Positions 19,146 to 29,211 of a DNA stretch of 64,000 nt are shown one piece after another. Position 1 is the first letter of the stretch, and the number at the start of each line of letters is the position of its first letter. The position numbers and the translations under genes were made by a program. The DNA lies in the NCBI GenBank assembly GCA_963668175.1, contig OY764159.1:2752001-2816000 (forward strand), read 5' to 3'. The notes below the pieces were generated by a model. The model searched no databases. It saw only the letters and a program-made list of their open reading frames with translations, and was not told the origin of the DNA. Origin of the DNA: Syntrophales bacterium (GTDB lineage Bacteria; Desulfobacterota; Syntrophia; Syntrophales; PHBD01).

Positions 19146-19449
19146 GATCAAGGTAACCTGGAACCTCGTGCTGTCGGGCCTGATGTTCCCCCTGCTCATT
19201 TACATGGTCAATAAGTTGGGGAAGGACGCGGCGGCCCGGAGCGCCGAGATGAAGAACCAGATCGCCGAGGTGACCGCGTGCGTCAACAAGATCAAGGTGG
19301 CCATGGCGGGCAAGCTGGACCGCGAGGAACACGACAACCGGTGCGAGGAAAGACTGAACGACCTCTGGGACCGCGTCCATTTCCATAGCCACAAGGGGCT
19401 CAAGGACGAAGAGGGAGAAGTCGTCATCACCGCAGGAGGGAGAAGATAA
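19138..19449 (+). CDS. Membrane-anchored coiled-coil protein of the lysis cassette (holin-like)
   Basis: One N-terminal TM helix plus coiled coil, directly before the endolysin. Confidence 0.55.
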   Translation: MDEIKVTWNLVLSGLMFPLLIYMVNKLGKDAAARSAEMKNQIAEVTACVNKIKVAMAGKLDREEHDNRCEERLNDLWDRVHFHSHKGLKDEEGEVVITAGGRR

Positions 19450-19889
19450 TGAGACCGAGGAAAAAGAAAACGGCGGAAGCCGCCGCCGAAGGCATGAGGC
19501 CCGTCAACGGGCTGGTTGTCCACTGTTCCGCAACGCCGAACGGCAAGGAATACCACGCCGCCGACATCGACCGCTGGCACAAGGCGCGGGGCTGGAACGG
19601 CATCGGCTATCATTTCGTGGTCGCCCTCGACGGCTCCGTCGAGGCGGGCCGGCCGGTGGAAGAGATCGGCGCCCACGTCGAAGGCCACAACCAGGACAGC
19701 ATAGGCATCTGCCTCATCGGGACGGACGAGTTCAATTCGCTGCAGCATGTGGCCCTGGCGCGGCTGCTGGCCGATCTCAAGAAACGGTTTCCGGCCGCCG
19801 ACATATGCGGCCACCGGGATTTCCCCGATGTCCAAAAACTGTGTCCCGGCTTCGACGTCAGGACGTGGTGCAGGGATTACGGCCTATGA
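19449..19889 (+). CDS. Endolysin, N-acetylmuramoyl-L-alanine amidase (T7 lysozyme-like)
   Basis: VHCSAT, WH..RGW..IGYH, GAHV.GHN..SIGICL.G, GHRD and K.CP.FDV motifs. Confidence 0.92.
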   Translation: MRPRKKKTAEAAAEGMRPVNGLVVHCSATPNGKEYHAADIDRWHKARGWNGIGYHFVVALDGSVEAGRPVEEIGAHVEGHNQDSIGICLIGTDEFNSLQHVALARLLADLKKRFPAADICGHRDFPDVQKLCPGFDVRTWCRDYGL

Positions 19890-20437
19890 TCGACCGTTAC
19901 GACGAATGCAGAGACCGCATGCGCACGGGCGACATTCTGCTCTGGCACAGCAATTCGCTCCTCGGCGCGCTGATCCGGATGAAGACGGGCGGCGACGAGA
20001 ACCACGCCTCCATGATCATCCGCCTCCAGGAGTACGAGGGCAGGGAGCAGCGGCGGTACCACACGGAGGCCATGGAAAACGGCGTCTGCCCGAACCTCCT
20101 GTCCGTCCGGGTGAAGGGCTTCGACGGCAGGGTCTGGTGGCTGCCGCTGAAAGAAGAATACGAAGGGAGGCGCGCCGAGATCGGCGCCAGGCTGACGGAG
20201 GTCTGGGGCAGGCCCTACGACTACGGCTCGCTCTTCTGGCAGATCGTCGGGAAGGTCTCCGTCGAGACGCGGCGGATGTTCTGCTCGGAGGTCATCGACT
20301 ACGCCATGGGGCACACGGGCGAAGCGGCCAACCCCCACGAGCTTTTGAGCCGGGGATACCATAAGGACCAAATCCTGATCTGGGAGAACATGGTCCCTGC
20401 AACTTACAACATTCCAAAGGGGACATCGGAGGTGTGA
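19886..20437 (+). CDS. Permuted papain-like NlpC/P60 (YiiX/YaeF-like) protein
   Basis: GDILL...H.....EA.....G.PYDY....FCSE.I order with His before Cys. Confidence 0.7.
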   Translation: MIDRYDECRDRMRTGDILLWHSNSLLGALIRMKTGGDENHASMIIRLQEYEGREQRRYHTEAMENGVCPNLLSVRVKGFDGRVWWLPLKEEYEGRRAEIGARLTEVWGRPYDYGSLFWQIVGKVSVETRRMFCSEVIDYAMGHTGEAANPHELLSRGYHKDQILIWENMVPATYNIPKGTSEV

Positions 20438-20438
20438 A

Positions 20439-20852
20439 ATGAAAAAGAAGATTCTGCTGCTGGTTTCGGCGCTCCTTGTCCTTGCGGGATGCGCCGGCAT
20501 CCAGGTATCGACGACGCCGTCTGCGGACGTATCGATTGCCTACAAACACGGCAGGGCCATCGGGGCCGGTCTGGCCCTGGCGTATCCGGACCAGGTCGCG
20601 GCCGCGCTGCCCTACGTCCGGGGGCTTTACGCCGTGGCGAAGGACGGCACGATCACGGACGCCCAGGTGGCGAAGGCCCTGGCCCTGGTAGCGGAGAAGC
20701 TCGGCGGGAACGCCGCGCTCAAGGCGTCCATCGCCGTCGTGACGTCGGAAATCGGCCTTACGGTCAAAACGGGGACAGTGAACCCGAATCTCGTCGACGC
20801 CCTGCAGGGGGCCATCGACGGGATCTCCGCCTTCAAGGAGGTCAAGACATGA
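20439..20852 (+). CDS. Phage lipoprotein (possible spanin-like)
   Basis: MKKK signal with LAGC lipobox, within the lysis cassette. Confidence 0.65.
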   Translation: MKKKILLLVSALLVLAGCAGIQVSTTPSADVSIAYKHGRAIGAGLALAYPDQVAAALPYVRGLYAVAKDGTITDAQVAKALALVAEKLGGNAALKASIAVVTSEIGLTVKTGTVNPNLVDALQGAIDGISAFKEVKT

Positions 20853-21025
20853 AGAACTGGAAAACGACGCTGGCGGGCTGTGTCTCCGCCGCCATCTATG
20901 CCGTCATCGCCGCCGTGCAGGCGGGAAGGATCGACCCGAAGGACCTGGCCGTCGCCGGGGGGCTTGCGGCCCTCGGCATCCTGGCGAAGGACCTGAACGT
21001 CACGGGAGGTTCCGTATCCCAGTAA
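20849..21025 (+). CDS. Small two-TM holin-like protein
   Basis: MKNWKTTLAG...LG..AKD.NVTGG pattern of small phage holins; AGGAGG RBS, ATGA overlap. Confidence 0.7.
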   Translation: MKNWKTTLAGCVSAAIYAVIAAVQAGRIDPKDLAVAGGLAALGILAKDLNVTGGSVSQ

Positions 21026-21262
21026 ACCGGACACTGTAACTGCATCATCGATAGCCGCCCCTCCCGCACCGACGGGAACGGGGGCATGTCGGGGGCGTCC
21101 CGCCGGAAGCCGGAAACGGGCGGCGGAACGATACGGGGAGCTTTGCGCCCCGCCCTGGGACAAAAGAAGAAAACCTGCAACCAATGGAGCCCGCCGGGAA
21201 TCCGGCCTTAACCCACCAAACCGTTCGCTCCGATGGAGACGATAGAGTCAAGGGAGGATGTC

Positions 21263-21757
21263 ATGAAGAAGACGGCAATAGGCATTGCGATACTGTTAAC
21301 CTTTATCACGGCCGGTGTGTGCATGGCGCAGGGACAAGTCACGGTCGGCGCGCCGCAGCAGATCCTTGTGGACCAGTCGAGCTGCGCGGGACACGCCGCG
21401 GACAATATCAAAAAGACGATCACGATCAGTTGGAGGGGGGATTTGGCCGACGGGACGATTCCCGCGACGCCGATCCCGAGCACGGGCGTCCTGGGCTGGT
21501 ATCTCTATACGGTCGAGACCGTTCCGGGAAGCACGGCGCCTACCAGCGGATACGGCATCACGATCAAGAACAGCCACGGCATCGACCTGATGGACGGAAA
21601 CCTGGCGAACCGCAGCGCGTCGGCGGCGCAGCTGGTGAACGCGGGGGCGGGCGCATTCGGGTATCCCCTCGTCATGGGCGACCTGACCTTCGCGATCACG
21701 GGAAACTCTGTGCAGAACAGCACGGGGACCGTCATCTTAACCTTTTTGCCCGAATGA
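21263..21757 (+). CDS. Secreted hypothetical protein
   Basis: GGAGG RBS; Sec signal peptide MKKTAIG...CMA. Confidence 0.7.
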   Translation: MKKTAIGIAILLTFITAGVCMAQGQVTVGAPQQILVDQSSCAGHAADNIKKTITISWRGDLADGTIPATPIPSTGVLGWYLYTVETVPGSTAPTSGYGITIKNSHGIDLMDGNLANRSASAAQLVNAGAGAFGYPLVMGDLTFAITGNSVQNSTGTVILTFLPE

Positions 21758-21769
21758 CGGAGGTGCGCC

Positions 21770-22861
21770 ATGAAAAAAAGAATCTCGATCTGTCTGGCTT
21801 TGATTATCATGTTCGCGGCGACGGCTTACGCCCTGCCGCCGCTTCCCCGCGAGGCCTCCGGAACGGACAGCCGCCTGACGAGCTGTTCCGCCTCCGGCAT
21901 GGGCCCCCTCTGGGACGGCACCATCTTTGCCTGCACGTCCGGCACCGGCTTCGGGTATTATAACGCAGGCGTCCTCAGTTACCTGACCGGCGCATCGGCC
22001 CGTTCGGCGATGGGGCTTGCCATCGGCACGGACGTCCAGGCCTATTCGGCCAATCTCGCAACCTACGCGGCTATCGCGCCCTCGGCGAACGTCCAGACGC
22101 TATTGGGCTCCGCGAATTATGCGGCGTTCAGGACATCGCTGGGAGTCGTTCCGGGAACAGACGTCCAGGCTTACAGTTCGCTCCTGAATGCGCTTTCCGG
22201 CCTCACGCCCGACGCGGGCAAACCCATCGTCGGCAACGGCTCGACCTTCGTCATGGCCGCAAACGCCCTGACGACAGATAACGCCACAGCCAATCACTTG
22301 CTCAAGAAAGACGGTTCCGGCTATGTGGCGAACGCGACGGCGGGGACGGACTATCCCGGCCTTACGTCCTCGAACACGTTTACCGGCGCAAACCAGATCG
22401 GCGATACGTCGAGCAACAATCTCCAGAAGGTCATCCTGAAGAAAGCCACATCCATGGCAAACGGCGACTGGCAGGGGACGGCCATCCTCGGCACGGCCGG
22501 TGAAGCCCTCAGCCAGGGCGATGTTGTCTACAAGAAATACAACAACTCGGCCTGGAAATATTACAAATACAACGCGGGCGGGACCGATAAGCTGATCATC
22601 CCCTCCGGAATCGCGACGGCCGCGATTGCATCGGGATCGGACGGCGTCATTCTGGTTCAAGGCGTCATGCGCTACGATTCGTGGTCCTCGTTGTCCTACA
22701 CTGCCGATGCCGCCGTGACCGTTTATGCTTCCACGACCGCCGGTGCCCCCGCGACGACTGTGCCTGCGAATTCCGGCAATGAGGTCGTCGTTGTCGGCGT
22801 CCTGGTCGGTACAAACACCATCGAAACGATGTTCGGCGCCACCTGGGTGGAGGTGAAATGA
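21770..22861 (+). CDS. Secreted protein with tail-fibre-like repeats and a cement-like C-terminus
   Basis: Signal peptide (AYA); GLAIGTDVQAY and G..PGTDVQAY repeats; AGE.LS.GDVVY...GIA..AIA.G..G.IL..G motif. Confidence 0.65.
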   Translation: MKKRISICLALIIMFAATAYALPPLPREASGTDSRLTSCSASGMGPLWDGTIFACTSGTGFGYYNAGVLSYLTGASARSAMGLAIGTDVQAYSANLATYAAIAPSANVQTLLGSANYAAFRTSLGVVPGTDVQAYSSLLNALSGLTPDAGKPIVGNGSTFVMAANALTTDNATANHLLKKDGSGYVANATAGTDYPGLTSSNTFTGANQIGDTSSNNLQKVILKKATSMANGDWQGTAILGTAGEALSQGDVVYKKYNNSAWKYYKYNAGGTDKLIIPSGIATAAIASGSDGVILVQGVMRYDSWSSLSYTADAAVTVYASTTAGAPATTVPANSGNEVVVVGVLVGTNTIETMFGATWVEVK

Positions 22862-23652
22862 TGAAACGCCTTATTCCATTCATCGCCGCCCTGCTGATCC
22901 TCTGCGGATCGGCCTATGCCGAGACGCAGAAGGTCACCGGCATCGATCAGCCGCAGCAGGCCATGGGCATGCCCTGGTTCACCGGCACCCAGACGGTCGG
23001 CAAGGTCAGCGGCCAGACGGCTTCGACGGCCTCTGAATGCGGCACGTATGAATTACTCTGTGAAAATTTTGAAAACGTCGGAACGCCTACGGGATGGTTA
23101 GGGTTGGTTAATAGCTATGATTTTGTAAACACCACGGCCCCTTTGCGCGGTTCAAAGTCACTTAAATTAATATGCGGTAATTCGTGTTCTGTGCTCGGTT
23201 CTGTTCAGGCCCCGTCTTTCACGGCCCAAAATACCGTTTACGGACACTTCATGGTTCAGTTTAACGGATCCACCGTATATGGATCACCCGATATCGTAGC
23301 TGTTTACAATTCAACAACTCTCCTTGCTCATGCCTGGTTGAATTATGACAACACTATAGGGATAAGACACGGGTTGGGTACACCTGCCTATACACCGGCT
23401 ATAAATTTTGGGACAACGTATCATTTCTATTGGAAGTATTCAAAGGGGACGGGGAGCAATGGCATATTGCAGATATGGCTTGGAACGTCAAAGGATAGAG
23501 CATCGGCCACGCTGACGGCATCCTGTCCGGACGGTACAGCCACGGCGCAAGCCGATAATATTAGGCACACCTACGGAGGTGGGGACGCGACATGTTTCAC
23601 TTACATAGACCAGGATTACATTTCAGCGACAGAATTTACGACGGTGCCGTGA
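22858..23652 (+). CDS. Secreted lectin/beta-sandwich-like hypothetical protein
   Basis: Signal peptide (AYA); CE.FE....W and G.LQIW motifs; lower-GC 3' part. Confidence 0.6.
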   Translation: MMKRLIPFIAALLILCGSAYAETQKVTGIDQPQQAMGMPWFTGTQTVGKVSGQTASTASECGTYELLCENFENVGTPTGWLGLVNSYDFVNTTAPLRGSKSLKLICGNSCSVLGSVQAPSFTAQNTVYGHFMVQFNGSTVYGSPDIVAVYNSTTLLAHAWLNYDNTIGIRHGLGTPAYTPAINFGTTYHFYWKYSKGTGSNGILQIWLGTSKDRASATLTASCPDGTATAQADNIRHTYGGGDATCFTYIDQDYISATEFTTVP

Positions 23653-25133
23653 TGAAAAAAATAATATTCATAATTGCCTTTGTCTTGCTTCCGTCGCTGG
23701 TCTTTGCCGATGTAACCGTTACGCAGAGCGGGACCAAGACGCATGGAAGTCTGCAAACTATATCCATATCCGGGGGGTCTTTCGGGACAGGTCCAACGAA
23801 GTCAAATATAAACTGGCTCCAAGATACTATCGAATCATGCTCGAATGGAAATACCCTTTCGTCTTATGGCGAAACGGGGGCCGGTAAATGCGTCATGCCG
23901 TCAGGGTGGACAGCTTGCACAGAGGGTGGAGAATGTGTCAGGCCGACCATCACGACAACCTCGCCGGTCGGCGGGGTTTACACAAAGAGTATCCATGCTT
24001 ATGTATCGGGGGGTAGTGTTCACAATTCAAGTTGGTATCACTCTCAGGCTGGCAGCGATCAATTGTTAGCCTTTTTTAAGGTCCGGGTAGCTATTGCCGG
24101 GGCGTCGGACAACGTCGAATGGAAACTGTTTAGAGCGTCCAAGGACATATCATGGGCTGCCGATGTCGGCACCTATATGACATCATGTGTCGGGCTGCTC
24201 GGTACGATTACAACAGTACCCTGTGGTTCACCATATGTTGCTGCCTATAATTATTGCGGCTCAGTCGGGGACGGATATGGATTCAAGGTCAAGCAAGACG
24301 GCGTTACGCAGGGAACGCCGCGAGCCTGTTACTGTAATTCCAGTGGATGCTCGACATCAGACGAACCCCATACAACATTCGGCGACGGGACGGCCTATAT
24401 AACAACGTCCTCCGATTGGTATACATTCATCGTTCAGTCAAAAGAATCTGCTTCCGGATCGCTTGATGGGGCAATAACAATATGGGTCCAGCGGGGAACC
24501 GGACACCCGGTTAAGTTCTTTGACGCGAACGCCACCATGACGCGACACGACGCCTCTCAATGGGTAGCGTTCATGGCACAAAACTATTTTAACAGCATCA
24601 CTACTGCCTACATAGATTGGGCCTCTCTCTATGTCCAGTGGGGAAGTTGGGCGCGAGTAGAATTGGTGGACGGCACGTCAGACGCTACAATCACCCACAC
24701 GGAAATTCAGAACCTTAGCGATGCTTCTGCGAGTTGGTCTACGAGCCAAATACAGGTGCCTTTAAATCGCGGTGCCATCGCCGCAGACGCTACAAATCTT
24801 CGCTTCCGTGTCACCCTTGCCGATGGCACTCAATATAATTCTGATTCCTTTAATTTGGGAACTATTCAATACAATCTCAACGTCACCAATGCTGGCCACG
24901 GCACGGTGACGAGTTCACCTTCGGGCATTAACTGCGGAACGGCGTGTTCGGCGAGTTTCGATTCGGGAACGGCTGTCACGCTCACGGCAACTCCGGATAG
25001 CGGATATGGCGTGACTTGGTCAGGCGATTGCGATTCGACGGGGCATGTGACGATGAGCGCAGCCAAAACGTGTACGGCGACGTTCTCTCCGCTACCGGTA
25101 CAGTACCTGCCCTGGGTCGCGACGCAACAGTGA
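23652..25133 (+). CDS. Secreted protein with C-terminal InlB B-repeat-like domain
   Basis: Signal peptide MKKIIF...VFA; G.GTVTSSP.GI.CG..CSA.F..GT.VTLTATP..G....WSG.C......V.M.....CTATF. Confidence 0.75.
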   Translation: MKKIIFIIAFVLLPSLVFADVTVTQSGTKTHGSLQTISISGGSFGTGPTKSNINWLQDTIESCSNGNTLSSYGETGAGKCVMPSGWTACTEGGECVRPTITTTSPVGGVYTKSIHAYVSGGSVHNSSWYHSQAGSDQLLAFFKVRVAIAGASDNVEWKLFRASKDISWAADVGTYMTSCVGLLGTITTVPCGSPYVAAYNYCGSVGDGYGFKVKQDGVTQGTPRACYCNSSGCSTSDEPHTTFGDGTAYITTSSDWYTFIVQSKESASGSLDGAITIWVQRGTGHPVKFFDANATMTRHDASQWVAFMAQNYFNSITTAYIDWASLYVQWGSWARVELVDGTSDATITHTEIQNLSDASASWSTSQIQVPLNRGAIAADATNLRFRVTLADGTQYNSDSFNLGTIQYNLNVTNAGHGTVTSSPSGINCGTACSASFDSGTAVTLTATPDSGYGVTWSGDCDSTGHVTMSAAKTCTATFSPLPVQYLPWVATQQ

Positions 25134-25309
25134 GGGGAGGGACGTGCAGTCCGGTAATGAAACGCCTCCGGCCTTTATGTGAAAGGCCGGAGGCCCGTGC
25201 ATGCCTGCCGACGTGTGTCGCGCCCATAGATGTCGGCTTGGCGACGGATTCGGGGCCGGGGAAGCGCAAATGGCAGTCGCAAAAATCCGACGCTCGTTTG
25301 AGAACGGAT

Positions 25310-25771
25310 TCAGGGCTGCTGCGGTTTCTTCATGAACCCGTAGTTCATGGCCCCTGTCTGGAAGTAGAACTTCCATTCGCCGGAGGGCATCTTCGTGAAG
25401 ATCTTGCAGATGCGGCCCTTCCAGTGGTTGTCCTTCCCGGTTGCCTTGTGCCGCCAGAGGGTGTCGATGTCGACGACGGCGAAGGCGCCGTCCTCTTCCG
25501 GCGCGATCTCGATGCGCACCGTCCGGCGGACGTTGTGGACGAGTTCGTGGGTGTCGAAAAGCTCCTGCCAGCCCTGCCGCCATTTCTCACGGTCGAAGCG
25601 GCCCACGACGAAGACCCAGTCGACGGGGTCGTGGGCGTCGGAAGTCGGCGGCCACGGCCAGACCATATCCGGATGGATCATGGACAGGAAAGGCTCCGGA
25701 TTTTTGGTATTCCAGCCCTCCGTCTCCAGGTCGACGAGGGCCTGGATCTCTTTGACGACCATTTCTCTCAT
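25310..25771 (-). CDS. SnoaL-like/NTF2 family protein
   Basis: W...N.E.FLS.IHPD.VW, GAFAVVD.DT.W and C-terminal WK motifs; GGGAG RBS. Confidence 0.7.
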   Translation of the reverse strand: MREMVVKEIQALVDLETEGWNTKNPEPFLSMIHPDMVWPWPPTSDAHDPVDWVFVVGRFDREKWRQGWQELFDTHELVHNVRRTVRIEIAPEEDGAFAVVDIDTLWRHKATGKDNHWKGRICKIFTKMPSGEWKFYFQTGAMNYGFMKKPQQP

Positions 25772-25972
25772 GCAATACTCCCGATATTCCGGTTGCTGCG
25801 GCCACATTCCCGGCGGTATCCCCGCGCCGCAGCGTGACGGGTTCGACGACGGCCATATCGCGACGCCGTATGACGGGCGCGACGCACGGCATGGTTCCCG
25901 CCGCCCATGGACGTCTTGACGGGCCGCGTTTCGAGGGAAATGTCATAAGCGCCGGGCGAAGGCGGCCTGCCG

Positions 25973-26539
25973 CTAATCGATGTGAACGCCTATGGAGAAG
26001 GCCTTGCCGATGTTCATCCCGAGGGCGTAGTAATGGCCGTTTTCCGGGGCGTAGATGACGGGCCGCGCCTTTTCGATATCCGGCTCGCCGTCGGACATGA
26101 TGGCTTCGTCCGCCTTGATGTCGAGGATCTCGCCGATGAACTGGGTGTGCATCCCGAGTTCGATGGTGTGCGTCAGGCGGCATTCCAGGATCAGGGGGAA
26201 TTCCTCGATATAGGGCGCATCGACGAGGTCGCTCTTCACGGGCGTGAGGCGCGTGTCGGCGAACTTGTCCTTCTTCTTCCCCGAGGCGATGCCGAAATAA
26301 TCCACTTCCTTGACATACTTCTCGGACGGCACGTTGGCCGTGAAAGCCTTTCTCTCCACGATGCTGCCGTATGTGTATCGCGACTTCCTGACGGACACGG
26401 CCAGGCAGGGCGGTTTCGAACAGCAGATGCCGGCCCAGGCGGCTGTCATGACATTGGCCTTGCCGTTCTTGTCGTACGTGCCGATGACCAGCGCCGGTGT
26501 GGGGTAGATGATGGTTCGGGGTCCCAGCGATGCTTTCAT
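25973..26539 (-). CDS. Flavin reductase family protein (flavoredoxin-like)
   Basis: YPTP..V.GTY....N.MTAAW.G...PP, P.I.E.P..LEC and HTQF.GEI motifs. Confidence 0.9.
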   Translation of the reverse strand: MKASLGPRTIIYPTPALVIGTYDKNGKANVMTAAWAGICCSKPPCLAVSVRKSRYTYGSIVERKAFTANVPSEKYVKEVDYFGIASGKKKDKFADTRLTPVKSDLVDAPYIEEFPLILECRLTHTIELGMHTQFIGEILDIKADEAIMSDGEPDIEKARPVIYAPENGHYYALGMNIGKAFSIGVHID

Positions 26540-26663
26540 GAATCTTTCCTCCTATGCGTTCTGTAACGGCGATAGATGGCCGATCGCTCATGTCCGCTGC
26601 AACGGGGCAGGGCGGGGCGGTCGGCGCCGTTATGATTTTCTTCTGTCTCGGCGCTGAAAAAGG

Positions 26664-27107
26664 TCAGCGCCCGGGATATCCTTTCTTCCTGTATCGTTGC
26701 AGTTCGGCGGCAAACCAGGCCGCGCTCTCGACCGGCTCTCCCCCGCCGCATTTCACGAGATAGGGCCTGCCGCTGATGCTGCTTCCCGTGGCCGCCCGTT
26801 CGATGAACGATTCCGCGGAGGTGACGAGGCCCCGCTCCAGGAGGTAGCGGTATTTCCTGTCCAGGTGAACGGAGGCTGCTTTGCTCTCGTGCCAATCGCC
26901 GTTCCGCTGGAAGGAGCACGCCGAGCCCTGCAGATAGGCGAAGAGATGCGTAATCTCCCGCTTCGCCGCTTCGCCGGGAACTTCCGCCGCTGCCGCAGCG
27001 GGCACGATGAGAAGCACCGCAACCAGAAGCCATGCCGGCGCCGATGGCCGACAACCCCGCCGTCTCCGTCCCGGACGGGAGATGAAACCGAATGTCCTTA
27101 TCCGCAT
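26664..27107 (-). CDS. DUF5329/YfeK-like exported protein
   Basis: EI.HL.....S.C.F.RNG......A..HL..KY...AE.FI...AT.SS.SG.PY.V.C motif. Confidence 0.8.
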   Translation of the reverse strand: MRIRTFGFISRPGRRRRGCRPSAPAWLLVAVLLIVPAAAAAEVPGEAAKREITHLFAYLQGSACSFQRNGDWHESKAASVHLDRKYRYLLERGLVTSAESFIERAATGSSISGRPYLVKCGGGEPVESAAWFAAELQRYRKKGYPGR

Positions 27108-27116
27108 CGCTTGGCC

Positions 27117-27302
27117 TCAGCCGACATATCCCTTGATCGCCTTGACGATCGTGTCCGTAAAAAGAAACACCAGGGCGGCGTAGAGGCCCAGGATCACGAA
27201 AAACTCGAGATCGGTGATCTTGGGGAACTGCTTCTTTATCAAATAAAGAACGATGCAGCCGACGATAAAGGCGACGGCCGGCACGACAGGCAATGCATCC
27301 AT
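27117..27302 (-). CDS. Small membrane protein
   Basis: GGAGG RBS, two hydrophobic segments. Confidence 0.6.
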   Translation of the reverse strand: MDALPVVPAVAFIVGCIVLYLIKKQFPKITDLEFFVILGLYAALVFLFTDTIVKAIKGYVG

Positions 27303-27438
27303 CCTCCCTCTCCTTTCCCGCCGGGGGCTTTTCGCTTTCCCGGCTTCGATGCAATGGACGATCCGCTATATTCACAAGGCCCGGACCGGTGCGTCAATCC
27401 TGACAGGTGCAGGGACGCAGCCGGAAAAGGCCGTGTTG

Positions 27439-27804
27439 TCAATTGTTCCGCCCGTTGTCGGCCCGATAACGGGCCTCCAGCTTGCGGACGAACCTCACGG
27501 TCAGGAGCATCGTGACAAGCTGCGGCGCCACCGGCGTGGCGGCGACAGCCTTGAAAAAGACCAGCGGCGACAGATCGGGCGCGGCGTAGAGAAAGAGCAT
27601 GGATACGGCGGTGACGATGCCGGCGGCGAAAAGGCCCCGTCCGAAAAAAGCGTTGGCCTCGTACCACATGCGGTCGTCGCGGAGCGTCGCCTTGCTGCGG
27701 AATCCGTAGATCCGGTTGCGCGGCACCTTGCGGAGCATGAGCGGCACGGCGAGAACCGCCATCAGAACCGAACAGCCGAGGATCGTTAAAAGACCGTCGA
27801 TCAT
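27439..27804 (-). CDS. SdpI family membrane protein
   Basis: N..YGFR...TL.D...W..AN.F.G motif, three TM segments. Confidence 0.85.
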   Translation of the reverse strand: MIDGLLTILGCSVLMAVLAVPLMLRKVPRNRIYGFRSKATLRDDRMWYEANAFFGRGLFAAGIVTAVSMLFLYAAPDLSPLVFFKAVAATPVAPQLVTMLLTVRFVRKLEARYRADNGRNN

Positions 27805-27998
27805 GCAATCTCCCCTTGCGAACAGCGTAGGCGAAAGCGAGGTGCCGCCCCGATGGTTCCCGTGTACTTTAAACTGTCACGATTATAGGTTTTCGAAAGT
27901 TCGCTGTCAACAACGAGATGAAAACGCGCAAAATAAAACGCGATGGGGATCGAAGCCGCAGCCCGAGAATTTCAATAGAACATTCCAATGGAATCCCA

Positions 27999-28838
27999 TT
28001 AATGTCTGAATCCTGTCTGACGGGCTTGCCTCTCGTTATCCCGCACGACAGCGGGCGACATCCAAAATACCGTGTCCCATGAAAGCGGATCAGGATCCTT
28101 CTGAAGATCCATGATCAGAAGGGCGCCCGTATCCATTCGCCATACCGCAAGACGGTCCGTTTCTTTGTTCATGTCTCCGCTCCGGCTTCTTTTTATCATG
28201 TTTTTTATGCGGTACAGCGTATCGCGGAAGTCGCCCCTAGACGCATACGCGCTGGGCGCCCCATAGGCGGAATGGACATATTGAACGAGCTCGTCGTGGT
28301 GCCACGGCGGCACATCGAGCCTCACATAGGTTAAGACGCCGTCTCTGAACCAGAAGATTACCGTCAGGGCAGGCATATGGTTCCATTCCAGAAGTTCGTC
28401 GGCGCAAAAAGAGTCGCCGAACGGCCCCCGTTCTTTGCGGCAGAACCAGTTCAATTTGAACTCCCTTCTTGCGCTCTCGATGCTGATAGGTTCGAGTTTA
28501 TTGAAGTCCAAGAGCAGTTGGTCTTCGGCCTGAAAAAAATGCAGACGGTAGACACGGCCATATTCCGAATCCCAAATCCTGTAAAAGATCAAGGTGCCTG
28601 CAAAAATGAACAGGACCGGCAAGATCAGTTTCATGAAATGAAATTTTCTCATCGATGCCGGATCACACGCAGGTGTTTTCTCCGGGGTTTCATCTTTTCC
28701 ATGTGACTTGAACTTTAAAATATCGGACAGAAATTTAGAAGGGTCGACGCCGGACCCTCCGATTGAGACCATGACTTCGTAAAAGACAAAGGCCAGGATG
28801 AAAACGATGATGATGAAGACGATCAATAGGTCTGTCAT
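27999..28838 (-). CDS. Hypothetical membrane-anchored protein
   Basis: 279 aa ORF with two hydrophobic segments. Confidence 0.6.
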   Translation of the reverse strand: MTDLLIVFIIIVFILAFVFYEVMVSIGGSGVDPSKFLSDILKFKSHGKDETPEKTPACDPASMRKFHFMKLILPVLFIFAGTLIFYRIWDSEYGRVYRLHFFQAEDQLLLDFNKLEPISIESARREFKLNWFCRKERGPFGDSFCADELLEWNHMPALTVIFWFRDGVLTYVRLDVPPWHHDELVQYVHSAYGAPSAYASRGDFRDTLYRIKNMIKRSRSGDMNKETDRLAVWRMDTGALLIMDLQKDPDPLSWDTVFWMSPAVVRDNERQARQTGFRH

Positions 28839-29168
28839 GTCATATTCGGTTCTGCCCTAAAGATAACGCCGCAGGTTCCGGTTCTTGCCTGTTCCTCCGC
28901 CGCGATGATCGCCGCGGGTGCATAAACGGCGCGCCGGGGCGCCTCGCATTCGATCCAAAACCGCGCAATTATAGGTTGCGAGAGCTGCTCTGTCAACGAC
29001 GATATGCGGCACATATTGCGGAAGGGCGAAATATAACATCGGGAGGCATGCCCGGTGCGTGTGTCCAGAGCTGTGCCTGGCGGGAAAAACGCTTTTTAAG
29101 GTATGTGATTAAAAGGTGCGAGAGTCTTTGCGTCCGATCGGGAAATTCAGACCGGACCGATGATCCGG

Positions 29169-29194
29169 AGGGGGCGGTCAGGACCGCCCCCTTT
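29169..29194. terminator. Rho-independent terminator-like hairpin downstream of the MCP gene
   Basis: AGGGGGCGGTC-AG-GACCGCCCCCT stem. Confidence 0.6.
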
Positions 29195-29211
29195 GTCCCG
29201 GGAACAGGATT

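Larger units (their letters stand above)
1..25133 (+). mobile_element. Podovirus-type prophage, structural and lysis region (left part outside window; right boundary approximate)
   Basis: Co-oriented, tightly packed + strand genes in the order scaffold-capsid-cement-tail tubular A/B-GNAT-internal virion proteins-tail fibre-amidase-holin; host-type genes on the - strand start at 25310; no integrase or att site seen. Confidence 0.85.

Noticed and set aside
25133..25310. Prophage attR or integrase at the right boundary
   Set aside because: No integrase, tRNA fragment or recognisable direct repeat; the left end is outside the window so att cannot be tested
27439..27804. SdpI gene as part of the toxin/immunity array
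   Set aside because: It is 17 kb away, on the opposite strand, among ordinary host genes, with no adjacent toxin
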